DNA of 64,000 bases from a bacterium (GTDB lineage Bacteria > UBP7 > UBA6624 > JBBIMK01), in the NCBI GenBank assembly GCA_037444445.1, contig JBBIMK010000001.1, forward strand, positions 5,012-69,011, in the 5' to 3' direction. The notes under the pieces were generated by a model. It was not told the DNA's origin. It saw only the letters and a program-made list of their open reading frames with translations, and ran no database searches. The position numbers and the translations under genes were made by a program. This document shows, piece after piece, positions 48,419-58,305 of this stretch (the first letter of the stretch is position 1; every line of letters starts with the position of its first letter).

Positions 48419-49113
48419 AGAACTTTTTCAAAGAATTTCAAATTCCCCCTGACAGCCAGAAGGTTCATCTCCTGCAAACTTTTGTTCAGAAAGTTTACAC
48501 TGAATCGCTGAAATACAATCTAACCGGTTGGAAAACCGTGGAAGAAATCTGGCGGAAAGGAGTACTGTCCTCCGTTTATTGGAACACAATTTGCCCCATT
48601 TTCCTTTCAGGAAAAGCAGTGGACATAGGAACTGGTGCTGGTTTTCCGGGCATACCACTGAAAATTCTTTACCCGGAACTGGAGATGACCTGTGTGGAAT
48701 CCATAAAGAAAAAATCCCATTTTATCCGAGAAGTGGCGAAGATGCTGGAATTGAAAAATTTTCAAGTCATCACAGAAAGAGCGGAAAAAGTGGCTCATCT
48801 TCCTGAATTTCGTGAGAAATTTGATTTTGCTTTTACCCGGGCTCTGGGCTCTCTCCGGGTCCTTCACGAATTGTCCCTGCCCTTTTTACGAATCGGTGGC
48901 TCAGCCTTTCACCTGAAAGGTATAACAGTTTTTGAAGAGGTTCTGGACTCATATAAATCAATAGAAATTCTGGGAGGACGATATGCTCTTCTATATTCCT
49001 ATCGGATTCCTGGAAGCGCAGAAAGAGAGGTACTCGTGCAGGTGCTGAAAGAAAACCCGACACCTGAAAAATATCCACGACGACCTGGAGTGCCTTTTAA
49101 GACACCTCTTTAG
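48415..49113 (+). CDS. rsmG: 16S rRNA (guanine527-N7)-methyltransferase
   Basis: VDIGTGAGFPGIPLKIL SAM-binding motif. Confidence 0.8.
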   Translation: MKNFFKEFQIPPDSQKVHLLQTFVQKVYTESLKYNLTGWKTVEEIWRKGVLSSVYWNTICPIFLSGKAVDIGTGAGFPGIPLKILYPELEMTCVESIKKKSHFIREVAKMLELKNFQVITERAEKVAHLPEFREKFDFAFTRALGSLRVLHELSLPFLRIGGSAFHLKGITVFEEVLDSYKSIEILGGRYALLYSYRIPGSAEREVLVQVLKENPTPEKYPRRPGVPFKTPL

Positions 49114-49136
49114 AGTTACGATGTATAATTGGAAGG

Positions 49137-50768
49137 GTGAAAATGGAGCACACCGCTAAACTTCCTATACTGGCTGATGAAGGAGAAGAAATCCTGCATT
49201 TTCTTTTGGAATTGCAGGATAAACAGGGCGACACTATGAAAACCTATCGCCAGAACTTATTAGAAGCCGTTGGGCGTTTTTTCCGTGCCAAAGCCGTCAT
49301 CCTTTATATTTCCATCCCTGGAAATGAAATGGAAAATCGGAAAGTTGAAGTTTTGGAGGTAGTCGGTCCAGAGCAGGGACTCATTCGCGTCAAACAGTTA
49401 CGGTGGGGGGAAGAAGTAGCAGGCAAAACCTGTGCACTGCGCCAGGGACGACTCATCAGTAGACTCTCCATTGCCCCAACTGAAACCCAGAAAGCCATTC
49501 TATCTATTAAACAGAATACGCTTACGCTCATGTCCATTCCGATAATGGACCGAAAAGAAGTAATCGCTGTTCTGGAACTTTACGATACTCTGGAGGGCAG
49601 AGGATTCACCACAAGAGATTACAACCGTTTTACAATTCTGGGGCAATTGCTCTCTTCGCATATTCTACGAATTCTGGAATGGGAACGGGCATCACTGGAA
49701 AAGGAAAGGCTGGAACAACTTTTGAAACTGGGCTATGAAGTGGGAGCCTCTCATGACCTGAACCTGTTATCCAGCCTGATTGAGGAGATGGCATTGAAAT
49801 TGGTTCCAGCCGAAGGGTCTCTCCTGTTTCTATTGGACGAAGCCCAACAGGACCTGTTCACGCTAAAAAAAGATAAGATTCAGCGAGTTCCACTGGGGGA
49901 AGGGCTTGTGGGTAAATGTGCATGGGCGGGTAAACCTTTCATGGCACCCAGCATCTCTCGTTCTCCCGATTACCTGGCCCATTATGATGCTCAACTGGGG
50001 ATTCACATGCGAAATCTGGTTACTGTTCCCTTAAAAACACCGGAAAAAATCCACGGTGTGCTGGAGGTGGTGAATAAAAAAGATGGAACCTGGACGGCGG
50101 AGGATATTCAAATTCTGGAATCTTTCTGCAACACCGTTGCCGTGGCTATTCAGAATGCCCGCCTGCTAAAGGAAGTGGAACGATTATTTATCAGTAATAT
50201 AGAAGCCCTTGCAGAAGCGATTGATGCGAAAGACCCCTATACTCACGGGCATACTCAGAGAGTTCGTGATTTCACCATGGGTATCGGGCGGCGGCTGATT
50301 AAGGATACGGCAACCCTCCGAAAACTGGAACTTTCAGCGCTTTTACACGATGTCGGAAAAATCGGCACGAGAGAGAATATCCTGAACAAGGAAGAAGGAT
50401 TAACGGAAAAGGAATATCAGCATATGAAAGAACATGTCCTCCGAGGTGCACAGATTCTTCAAAACATTCCCAATATGGAGGAAGTGATTGGAGGAGTGAA
50501 ACATCACCACGAGCGGTATGATGGTTCTGGCTATCCAGAAAAACTCAAGGGGGCAGAGATTCCACTTTTCGGACGGATTATTGCCGTTGCAGATACCTTT
50601 GATGCGATGACCTCTGACCGGCCCTACCGTAAAGGTTTAGAAGATGAAATTGCACTTTTTGAAATCAGGAAATTTTCGGGTAAACACTATGACCCCAGAG
50701 TTGTAGAGGCTTTTATCCAGGCTTATGAAGCGGGAGAGATATTGTCCCAGCGAAAAAGGTCATCTTAG
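49137..50768 (+). CDS. GAF-domain / HD-GYP phosphodiesterase signalling protein
   Basis: HD...HHERYDGSGYP motif. Confidence 0.8.
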   Translation: MKMEHTAKLPILADEGEEILHFLLELQDKQGDTMKTYRQNLLEAVGRFFRAKAVILYISIPGNEMENRKVEVLEVVGPEQGLIRVKQLRWGEEVAGKTCALRQGRLISRLSIAPTETQKAILSIKQNTLTLMSIPIMDRKEVIAVLELYDTLEGRGFTTRDYNRFTILGQLLSSHILRILEWERASLEKERLEQLLKLGYEVGASHDLNLLSSLIEEMALKLVPAEGSLLFLLDEAQQDLFTLKKDKIQRVPLGEGLVGKCAWAGKPFMAPSISRSPDYLAHYDAQLGIHMRNLVTVPLKTPEKIHGVLEVVNKKDGTWTAEDIQILESFCNTVAVAIQNARLLKEVERLFISNIEALAEAIDAKDPYTHGHTQRVRDFTMGIGRRLIKDTATLRKLELSALLHDVGKIGTRENILNKEEGLTEKEYQHMKEHVLRGAQILQNIPNMEEVIGGVKHHHERYDGSGYPEKLKGAEIPLFGRIIAVADTFDAMTSDRPYRKGLEDEIALFEIRKFSGKHYDPRVVEAFIQAYEAGEILSQRKRSS

Positions 50769-51043
50769 GGTTTTCACTCCCTGCTTTCTGACCCTCATTC
50801 AAAGATTGCTGGATTGAAATCCGCTGGAAAAATTATAAAATATATCGTGGAAGTGAGACAGATATAAAAATAGAGGCTCTCCGATGTGTTATTCAATAAC
50901 AGGAGGGGGCTGAACTTACTCCTTATTTTGTGGGGGGTTCACATTGTCCATCCAATCCCAATTCGGCTGCGGGGGAAGTGAGGATACTGGCAAAAGATAA
51001 GGACATAAAGAGATATAATACATTAGCGAAGGAGGGAAGAGCG

Positions 51044-52204
51044 ATGAAAAAGATATGGGGATTTATGCTGTTGTTATCTGTATTGATGAGTGGATGTAAA
51101 CCTAAAAAAATACCTGGAAGTGAGGAAAGAAAACCTGGAATGGAATCCATCAAAATCGGGGTGATTCTGCCGATGACGGGAAATGTGTCTGGCTTCGGGC
51201 AACAAACCTGGCTCGGAATTCAAATGGCACAGAAAGAAAAACCGAAGGTTTTGGGTCAAAAAGTGGAACTGCTTTTGTGTGATGAAAAATCCGACAAAAC
51301 GGAATCCGCTAATTGTGCCCAGCGGTTAATTCAGAAGGACCAGGTCATTGCGGTACTGGGTTCTGTTCCTTCTTCAAACACCATGGCCATTGCCGCTGTG
51401 ACGGAGGAAAATAAGGTTCCTCATGTGACACCTTCTTCCACAGATCCGCTGGTGACTCAAGGAAAACGGTATGTTTTTCGTGCCTGTTTTGTGGATACCT
51501 TTCAGGGAAAAGTGCTGGCACGATTCGCCGTGGAGAACCTAAAAGCGAGGTCTGCCGCTTTGCTGACCGATGTGGCTCAGGATTACTCCGCAGGCTTATC
51601 TCGTTACTTTACTCAACAGTTTCAGAAATTGGGGGGGACTGTAACTGAGCTGAAATACCAGAGCATGGAACAGGAATTTTCGGCTCAACTCACGCAAATT
51701 CGCCGTCTGAAACCGGATGTTTTAGTGGTTACCGGTTACTACCCGGAAATCGCTTTAATTGCACGGCAGGCAAGAGACCTTGGAATTCAAACCCCAATTT
51801 TAGCGGGAGATGGAGCAGAAGATTCAAGGCTCGTGGAGATAGGAGGAGAGGCAGTAGAAGGGCTATACTTTTCCACTCACTTTGATGAACAGATGGCCAC
51901 TACCGAAATCCAATTTCACTATACGAAACTCTTCCGGGAAACTTATAACAAGCCGATTGATGGATTAGCGGCTCTGGGCATTGATGCCTATCTCATCCTT
52001 CTGGATGCTATGGAAAGAGCAGGGGCACAGGATAGAGAGAAGATACGGGATGCATTGGACCGAACGGAGAAGTTCCAGGGAGTCACCGGCGAAATCACTC
52101 TAATCAAAGGGGATGCAGTGAAACCGGCGGTAGTCCGAAAAGTTGAAAAAGGTGGATTCCACTATGTAACTACCATTGCACCAACTTTACCTTCACCCCA
52201 ATGA
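51044..52204 (+). CDS. livK: Branched-chain amino-acid ABC transporter substrate-binding protein (LivK-like lipoprotein)
   Basis: Signal/lipobox (LLLSVLMSGC); aggagg Shine-Dalgarno before the ATG at 51044. Confidence 0.8.
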   Translation: MKKIWGFMLLLSVLMSGCKPKKIPGSEERKPGMESIKIGVILPMTGNVSGFGQQTWLGIQMAQKEKPKVLGQKVELLLCDEKSDKTESANCAQRLIQKDQVIAVLGSVPSSNTMAIAAVTEENKVPHVTPSSTDPLVTQGKRYVFRACFVDTFQGKVLARFAVENLKARSAALLTDVAQDYSAGLSRYFTQQFQKLGGTVTELKYQSMEQEFSAQLTQIRRLKPDVLVVTGYYPEIALIARQARDLGIQTPILAGDGAEDSRLVEIGGEAVEGLYFSTHFDEQMATTEIQFHYTKLFRETYNKPIDGLAALGIDAYLILLDAMERAGAQDREKIRDALDRTEKFQGVTGEITLIKGDAVKPAVVRKVEKGGFHYVTTIAPTLPSPQ

Positions 52205-53091
52205 CCTTAACAGACCTGGTTCAGCAACTGCTGAATGCTATATCATTGGGAGGATTGTATGCCCTCGTAGCGATTGGTTATACTCAGGTATATGGGATTA
52301 TCCGCCTCATCAATTTCGCTCATGGCGATTTATTGATGGTGGGAGCCTATATGGCGCTGTTGCTGTTTGCCTCCGCTCATTTTCCCTGGCTTCTCAGCCT
52401 GTTCCTGGCTCTTTTCATCACTTGCATGGCAGCCATTTTAATGGAGAGAGTTGCGTATCGTCCGTTGCGCTACGCTCCCCGAATTTCTCTCCTGATTACC
52501 GCCATCGGAGTTTCCTTCTTTCTGGAGAGTGGAGCCACGGTGCTTTTTACCGGTGTTCCTCGCTCTTTTCTAACGATGATTCCAAAGATGTGGCGCGGGC
52601 AATGGAAAATAGGAGAAATCACCTTCCCTACGCTTTCCTTCATCACCATTGCGGTGATTGTGATTTCTCTTATGTTCACCTTCTGGGTTATCTTCCGAAC
52701 AAAAACCGGCTTAGCCATGCGTGCCATTGCCAGGGATTTTGAAACCACGATGTTAATGGGGGTAGATGCGAATCGCATCATCTCTCTTACCTTTGCCCTG
52801 GGTTCTACACTGGCTGCCATAGGTGGAATTCTGTGGGCAATGCGTTTCCCCCAAATTTTTCCATTGATGGGAGTTCTTCCGGGCTTGAAGGCCTTCATTG
52901 CGGCTGTTATCGGAGGAATCGGGAATGTGCTGGGAGCAGCGCTGGGAGGCTTCCTTCTGGGTATACTGGAAATTCTCATCCCTGCCTTCTGGCCGGAGCT
53001 ATCGGGCTATCGCGATGCGATTGCGTTTTTCATTCTCATTATTATTCTCCTCTGGAAGCCAAAAGGATTGCTGGGTAGCACAGTAGAATGA
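52201..53091 (+). CDS. livH: Branched-chain amino-acid ABC permease LivH
   Basis: 296 aa polytopic; 4-nt overlap with livK. Confidence 0.85.
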   Translation: MTLTDLVQQLLNAISLGGLYALVAIGYTQVYGIIRLINFAHGDLLMVGAYMALLLFASAHFPWLLSLFLALFITCMAAILMERVAYRPLRYAPRISLLITAIGVSFFLESGATVLFTGVPRSFLTMIPKMWRGQWKIGEITFPTLSFITIAVIVISLMFTFWVIFRTKTGLAMRAIARDFETTMLMGVDANRIISLTFALGSTLAAIGGILWAMRFPQIFPLMGVLPGLKAFIAAVIGGIGNVLGAALGGFLLGILEILIPAFWPELSGYRDAIAFFILIIILLWKPKGLLGSTVE

Positions 53092-54959
53092 GAATCACCT
53101 CGGAACTATATCTCCGATTGATTGTGACTCTGATACTTTTTCTTCTCCTCCTGGGAATTCTAAGATGGGTGGAAACCCGGGTCAATCCTTACTGGGTTCA
53201 AATTACCACATTAGCGGGAATTTATGTGATTATGGCGGTTGGATACAACTTAATCAATGGCATCTGCGGGCAGTTTGCTTTAGGACCCAATGCTTTTGTA
53301 GCCCTGGGCGCCTATGCTACATCCCTCGCCTTATTGCCTTCAGAAGAGAAAATACAAACCTTCGTTCATCCGGCAGGTCCTTACCCCTGGGTTGTTCAAT
53401 GGCACCTGCCGAATTTTTACCTGGCTTTATGCGTCGGAGGGCTGGTGGCGGCTTTTCACGCTCTCCTGATGAGTATTCCCGTTTTCCAAACTCGGGGGGA
53501 TTATCTTGCCATTGTAACTCTGGGGTTCGGAGAAATTGTTAGAACCCTGCTGGTTAACGCAGAGCGGATCACGAATGGTGCCACAGGCATCAAAGGATTG
53601 CCCCCCTATACGACCCTCTGGAATACCTGGATTATTACCTTTCTTTGCATTGTGCTGACGGCTGGCTTAAACAAATCCACATTTGGACGAGCAATGAAAG
53701 CTATCCGAGAAGATGAAGATGCTGCCGAGGCTATGGGTATCTCACCCAGGTGGTATAAAACTCTGGCATTTACGCTTTCCGCATTCTGGCTGGGCGTTGG
53801 AGGCGGATTGTTGGCCCATCACTTGACCACCTTAGACCCGAAACAATTTACTTTTTTCCTCACCTTTAACCTGTTAGTGGTAATCGTATTGGGAGGATTG
53901 GGTAGCATCACGGGCTCTATCAGTGGAGCATTGATTTTCGTTTACTTGAATGAGGTTTTAAGAACGATTGAAGAGCCTCATACTCTCTTTGGATGGGAAT
54001 ATGTCGGAATACCCGGATTAAGGAGCGTCGTATTTGCCTTTCTCCTCATCATCATTATGCTTTTTCGTTCCCGGGGAATTACTGGACGAGCAGAGATATC
54101 GCCAGTAACGCTGTTGGGACGGAGATGGCTTGCAAAACCGAAACCCGCAGCCTCTTCCACTTTACCGAGAATTAAGGCAAAGGAATTACCTTATATTCTG
54201 AGTATCTCTGGGGTCACCAAAAAGTTTGGCGGAGTAGTTGCGGTAAAGGAGATGGACTTGAAGGTTACTCCGGGTAAAATTCACGGTCTCATCGGCCCGA
54301 ATGGCGCAGGGAAAACGACGCTTTTTAATGTCATCTCAGGATTTTATCGCCCGGACGCCGGGAAAATCCTATTTCAGAATATTTTACTGAATGGAAAAAG
54401 ACCCTATCATATTACCCCTCTGGGAATTGCCCGAACATTCCAGAATATCCGCCTTTTTCCGGAATTGAGCGTATTAGAAAATGTTATGGTGGGCATGCAT
54501 ATTCACCGCCGTTATTCTGTATGGGATGCTCTGCTATGGAGTCCTCGTTTTTTGTCTGGTGAGGAAAAGATGAGAGCCATGAGTTTGAGGTATCTGGAAC
54601 AACTGGGATTAGGGGAACTTGCTTTTCAACCCGCTGGAAGTTTGCCGTATGGACTACAAAGAAAACTGGAGATTGCTCGCGCCCTTTCGTCTGGACCTGT
54701 CTTATTACTTCTGGATGAACCTGCCGCCGGATTAAACCCCGCAGAAACCCTGGAATTGATGCAATTTATCCGTTCCATTCAGGAAATGTATAATCTCACC
54801 ATTCTACTCATAGAACACGACATGAGAGTGATTATGGGAATCTGTGAACCGGTTTCGGTTATGGATTCCGGTGTAAAAATCGCTGAGGGTACCCCGAAAG
54901 AGGTCCAATCCAACCCTGCAGTGATCCAGGCATATTTAGGTGGCGGGAAGGTAACCTGA
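53088..54959 (+). CDS. livM: LivM permease fused to LivG ATPase
   Basis: Permease N-terminal half; Walker A GPNGAGKTT, LSGGEQ-type signature. Confidence 0.8.
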   Translation: MRITSELYLRLIVTLILFLLLLGILRWVETRVNPYWVQITTLAGIYVIMAVGYNLINGICGQFALGPNAFVALGAYATSLALLPSEEKIQTFVHPAGPYPWVVQWHLPNFYLALCVGGLVAAFHALLMSIPVFQTRGDYLAIVTLGFGEIVRTLLVNAERITNGATGIKGLPPYTTLWNTWIITFLCIVLTAGLNKSTFGRAMKAIREDEDAAEAMGISPRWYKTLAFTLSAFWLGVGGGLLAHHLTTLDPKQFTFFLTFNLLVVIVLGGLGSITGSISGALIFVYLNEVLRTIEEPHTLFGWEYVGIPGLRSVVFAFLLIIIMLFRSRGITGRAEISPVTLLGRRWLAKPKPAASSTLPRIKAKELPYILSISGVTKKFGGVVAVKEMDLKVTPGKIHGLIGPNGAGKTTLFNVISGFYRPDAGKILFQNILLNGKRPYHITPLGIARTFQNIRLFPELSVLENVMVGMHIHRRYSVWDALLWSPRFLSGEEKMRAMSLRYLEQLGLGELAFQPAGSLPYGLQRKLEIARALSSGPVLLLLDEPAAGLNPAETLELMQFIRSIQEMYNLTILLIEHDMRVIMGICEPVSVMDSGVKIAEGTPKEVQSNPAVIQAYLGGGKVT

Positions 54960-55669
54960 TGGGCTTGCAAATTAAAGATTTATTTGCCTCTTATGGAGCC
55001 ATCCGAGCAGTAAAGGGTATTTCTTTAGAAATCCCGGAGGGCTCCTGCGTGTGCTTAATTGGCGCCAATGGTGCGGGAAAGACCTCTACGCTCCGCGCCA
55101 TTATGGGTTTAATCCGCGACCGGAAAGGGGAAATCTTATTGGATGGTCAGTCACTCATTCGCTGTAAACCCTATGAAGTAGTTCGTAAAGGAATTGCCAT
55201 GGTGCCGGAGGGAAGGCATATATTTCCTAACCTGACCGTAGAAGATAATCTCAAGATGGGCGCCTATTTTCGCACAAATTCTGTGGAAATTCAGAGTGAC
55301 CTGGAGCGTGTATTTCAACTTTTCCCTCGGTTGAAGGAAAGAATCTATCAATTAGGGGGCACGCTCTCAGGGGGAGAGCAGCAAATGCTCGCTGTGGCAC
55401 GAGCACTGATGGCCCGTCCCCGCTATCTTCTCCTGGATGAACCCTCTTTAGGCCTGTCCCCTATTCTGGTGCAGGCAATTTACTATCACATCCAGCAAAT
55501 ACGCCAGCAGGGGATTACACTTCTCCTCGTGGAACAGAACGCTCGGATGGCCTTAGAAGTTTCCGATTACGGTTATGTCCTCGAGACAGGAAAAATTTAC
55601 CTGCAAGGAAATTCATCAGAACTTTCTAACAATCCAGATGTCCAGAAAGCATACCTCGGCGAAACGTAA
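54959..55669 (+). CDS. livF: Branched-chain amino-acid ABC ATPase LivF
   Basis: GANGAGKTS Walker A; LSGGEQQML. Confidence 0.85.
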   Translation: MGLQIKDLFASYGAIRAVKGISLEIPEGSCVCLIGANGAGKTSTLRAIMGLIRDRKGEILLDGQSLIRCKPYEVVRKGIAMVPEGRHIFPNLTVEDNLKMGAYFRTNSVEIQSDLERVFQLFPRLKERIYQLGGTLSGGEQQMLAVARALMARPRYLLLDEPSLGLSPILVQAIYYHIQQIRQQGITLLLVEQNARMALEVSDYGYVLETGKIYLQGNSSELSNNPDVQKAYLGET

Positions 55670-55729
55670 AAAGAAAGTATCCGGATTTCAAACCTCACAC
55701 TTCTATCGTCGGATGTCCTCATTGGCAAA

Positions 55730-56815
55730 CTAACAAATGCGTGGAAGTGGCTCCCCGGAGAGCATATCTACCACTCTATGTCCCCCCACGCGAGTTTCCA
55801 GAATCACCCGACCAGCAGGGTCAGCAATTACCTCTCCGATAACGGCGGAATCCTTACCATAAGGATGTTTTTTCATCGTCTCAAGGACTAACTCCACTTT
55901 CTCCGATGGCACAATAGCAACCAGTTTACCTTCATTGGCTACATACAGAGGGTCTAAACCCAGAATTTCACAAGCACCTTTCACCTCCTCCTTAACGGGA
56001 ATGCTGGCTTCTGTTATCTTTATGCCAACTTGCGACTTTTCAGCAATTTCATTCAGGACGGAGGCCAGTCCACCCCGAGTGGGGTCTCGTAAGCAACGCA
56101 CCTCCGGGCAGGTTTCAAGAATACGCTCCACCAGAGGGTATAAAGGAGCAGTGTCGCTTTGTATCCGGGTTTCAAACTCTAAGCCTTCTCTGAGCGATAG
56201 AATTGCGACACCGTGGTCACCAATAGAACCGCTGAGAATGATTTTATCGCCCACCTTTGCACGCTCAGGGCCCACATGGACAGGTTTTTCAACAACTCCC
56301 ACACCAGAAGTGGTGATAAAAATACCATCTCCCTTTCCTTTATTCACCACTTTCGTATCCCCGGTAACCAATAAAACATTTGCTTGCTGGCAAGCCTGCC
56401 TCATGGAAAGGGCAACTTGATAAAGGGATTCCATCGGAAATCCTTCTTCCAGGATGAGGGCAGCGCTGATGAAAAGGGGCTTCGCACCGCACATCGCCAG
56501 GTCATTCACAGTTCCATGAATGGAGAGAGAACCAATGTTACCCCCTGGAAAGAAAACAGGAGAAACCACATAGGAATCTGTGGTAAAAGCATAACGAACC
56601 CTGTTCATCTCAAAAACTGCTCCATCGTGCAGGGATTCAAGATAGGGATTGTGAAAACAGGGTAAAAACAGTTTTTTAATCAGGGTAGTCATAAGGCGGC
56701 CGCCGCCTCCGTGAGCCATTAAAATGGTTTCCATATCTCGGACAGGATTGGGGCAAACCAGTCCTTTCCACCGAGCAGATTCCTCGGGTTCAGGCAGTTG
56801 AGAGAAATCGTCCAT
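55730..56815 (-). CDS. hypE: Hydrogenase maturation factor HypE
   Basis: AIR-synthase-like; C-terminal ...PRIC. Confidence 0.85.
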   Translation of the reverse strand: MDDFSQLPEPEESARWKGLVCPNPVRDMETILMAHGGGGRLMTTLIKKLFLPCFHNPYLESLHDGAVFEMNRVRYAFTTDSYVVSPVFFPGGNIGSLSIHGTVNDLAMCGAKPLFISAALILEEGFPMESLYQVALSMRQACQQANVLLVTGDTKVVNKGKGDGIFITTSGVGVVEKPVHVGPERAKVGDKIILSGSIGDHGVAILSLREGLEFETRIQSDTAPLYPLVERILETCPEVRCLRDPTRGGLASVLNEIAEKSQVGIKITEASIPVKEEVKGACEILGLDPLYVANEGKLVAIVPSEKVELVLETMKKHPYGKDSAVIGEVIADPAGRVILETRVGGHRVVDMLSGEPLPRIC

Positions 56816-57887
56816 AGCGATAATAGGCTGCGCAAGCCCCTTCTGTAGAAACCATAGGAGCGCCTAAGGGATGTTCGGGTGTGCATTCCTTTCCGAAAGC
56901 GATGCACTGATTAGGCTTCTTGATGCCCTGTAAAATTAGCCCGGCAACACAGATTTCCGATTCCTTTTGAGATATAGTGTCTACTGCGAAGCGTTTTTCA
57001 GCATCAAAGTTTTCAAAGTCTTTGGTGAGTTTTAATCCACTGCGAGGAATTCGCCCGATGCCTCGCCAGGACCTATCCGTGATTTCAAAAATTTCTCTGA
57101 GGAGTTTTTGGGCGTGAAGATTCCCTTCGGACTGGACGGAGCGGGTATATTGGTTTTCCACTTCTGCTCGTCCTTCCTCCAATTGTTTCACTGCCATATA
57201 AGCACCTTGCATCAGGTCTGCAGGCTCAAAGCCCGTTACGACAATGGGCACATGATATTTTTCAGCGATGGGCTCATACTCCTGATATCCCATCACGGTG
57301 CATACATGCCCGGCTGCCAGGAAAGCATCTACACGGGATTCTGGCGTAGAAAGAATTAACTCCAGCGCGGGAGGCACCCGCACATGACTCACCAGAATTG
57401 AAAAGTTTCCCACGCGGGTTCTATAGGCCTGCCAGACAGCCATGGCATTGGCGGGAGCCGTCGTCTCAAATCCTACAGCAAAGAACACCACTTCCCGATG
57501 GGGATTTTGACGCGCTATCCTTAAAGCATCCAGGGGAGAATACACCACCCGAACCTCTCCCCCCTCTGCTCTCACTTGCTGGAGGCTTTTCTTTGTGCCC
57601 GGAACCCTCAGCATATCGCCGAAAGAGCAGAAAATTACTCCGGGACGGGAAGCGATTTCTATTGCCTTATCCAGAAGTTCTAACGGTGTCACACATACCG
57701 GACAACCGGGACCATGAACCAGCGTGATTTTCTCCGGTAGCATCTCATCTATCCCGAACTGTAAAAGGGTATGGGTTTGCCCACCGCACACTTCCATTAA
57801 CACCCAATCTCGACGCACGATGGACTCCAGTGCCTTCAGATACTTTCCCACCATTCCTCTGTCACGATATTCGTCTACATATCTCAC
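56790..57887 (-). CDS. hypD: Hydrogenase maturation factor HypD
   Basis: CGXH / GPGCPVCV motifs. Confidence 0.85.
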   Translation of the reverse strand: MRYVDEYRDRGMVGKYLKALESIVRRDWVLMEVCGGQTHTLLQFGIDEMLPEKITLVHGPGCPVCVTPLELLDKAIEIASRPGVIFCSFGDMLRVPGTKKSLQQVRAEGGEVRVVYSPLDALRIARQNPHREVVFFAVGFETTAPANAMAVWQAYRTRVGNFSILVSHVRVPPALELILSTPESRVDAFLAAGHVCTVMGYQEYEPIAEKYHVPIVVTGFEPADLMQGAYMAVKQLEEGRAEVENQYTRSVQSEGNLHAQKLLREIFEITDRSWRGIGRIPRSGLKLTKDFENFDAEKRFAVDTISQKESEICVAGLILQGIKKPNQCIAFGKECTPEHPLGAPMVSTEGACAAYYRYGRFLSTA

Positions 57888-58022
57888 CTTTATCCCTTCT
57901 CGGTCAAATCCTGAAAGAGCCCGCCTTTTATTTTCCTATCGTTTGTATTATAACCTGTGAACGCCCAGAGTAAAAATAGAACCTGTTCTCGGATGCCTCT
58001 TCCAGAGTTAAGACACAAAACC

Positions 58023-58298
58023 TCAGGCATTGCTGGAAGAGCTCTCCATACTTTTGAACTCTTGCTCCATTGCCCCGACCTGTTTCAAATACTCCCACAC
58101 AAACCGGGCTTCCTCTTTATCCACGATGCTGATGGCAAAGCCCACATGAACAATCACATAATCTCCCACCTTGACTTCAGGCACAAAGGAGAGGCAGACG
58201 GGTTTTAGAATCCCTCCGAAACTGACTTTTCCCATCACCAATCCCTGGGCGTCTTCCGGATAAACTTCCTTTACCTCTCCTGGAATTCCCAAACACAT
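58023..58298 (-). CDS. hypC: Hydrogenase assembly chaperone HypC
   Basis: MCLGIPGEV N-terminus. Confidence 0.8.
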   Translation of the reverse strand: MCLGIPGEVKEVYPEDAQGLVMGKVSFGGILKPVCLSFVPEVKVGDYVIVHVGFAISIVDKEEARFVWEYLKQVGAMEQEFKSMESSSSNA

Positions 58299-58305
58299 AC
58301 CTCGT

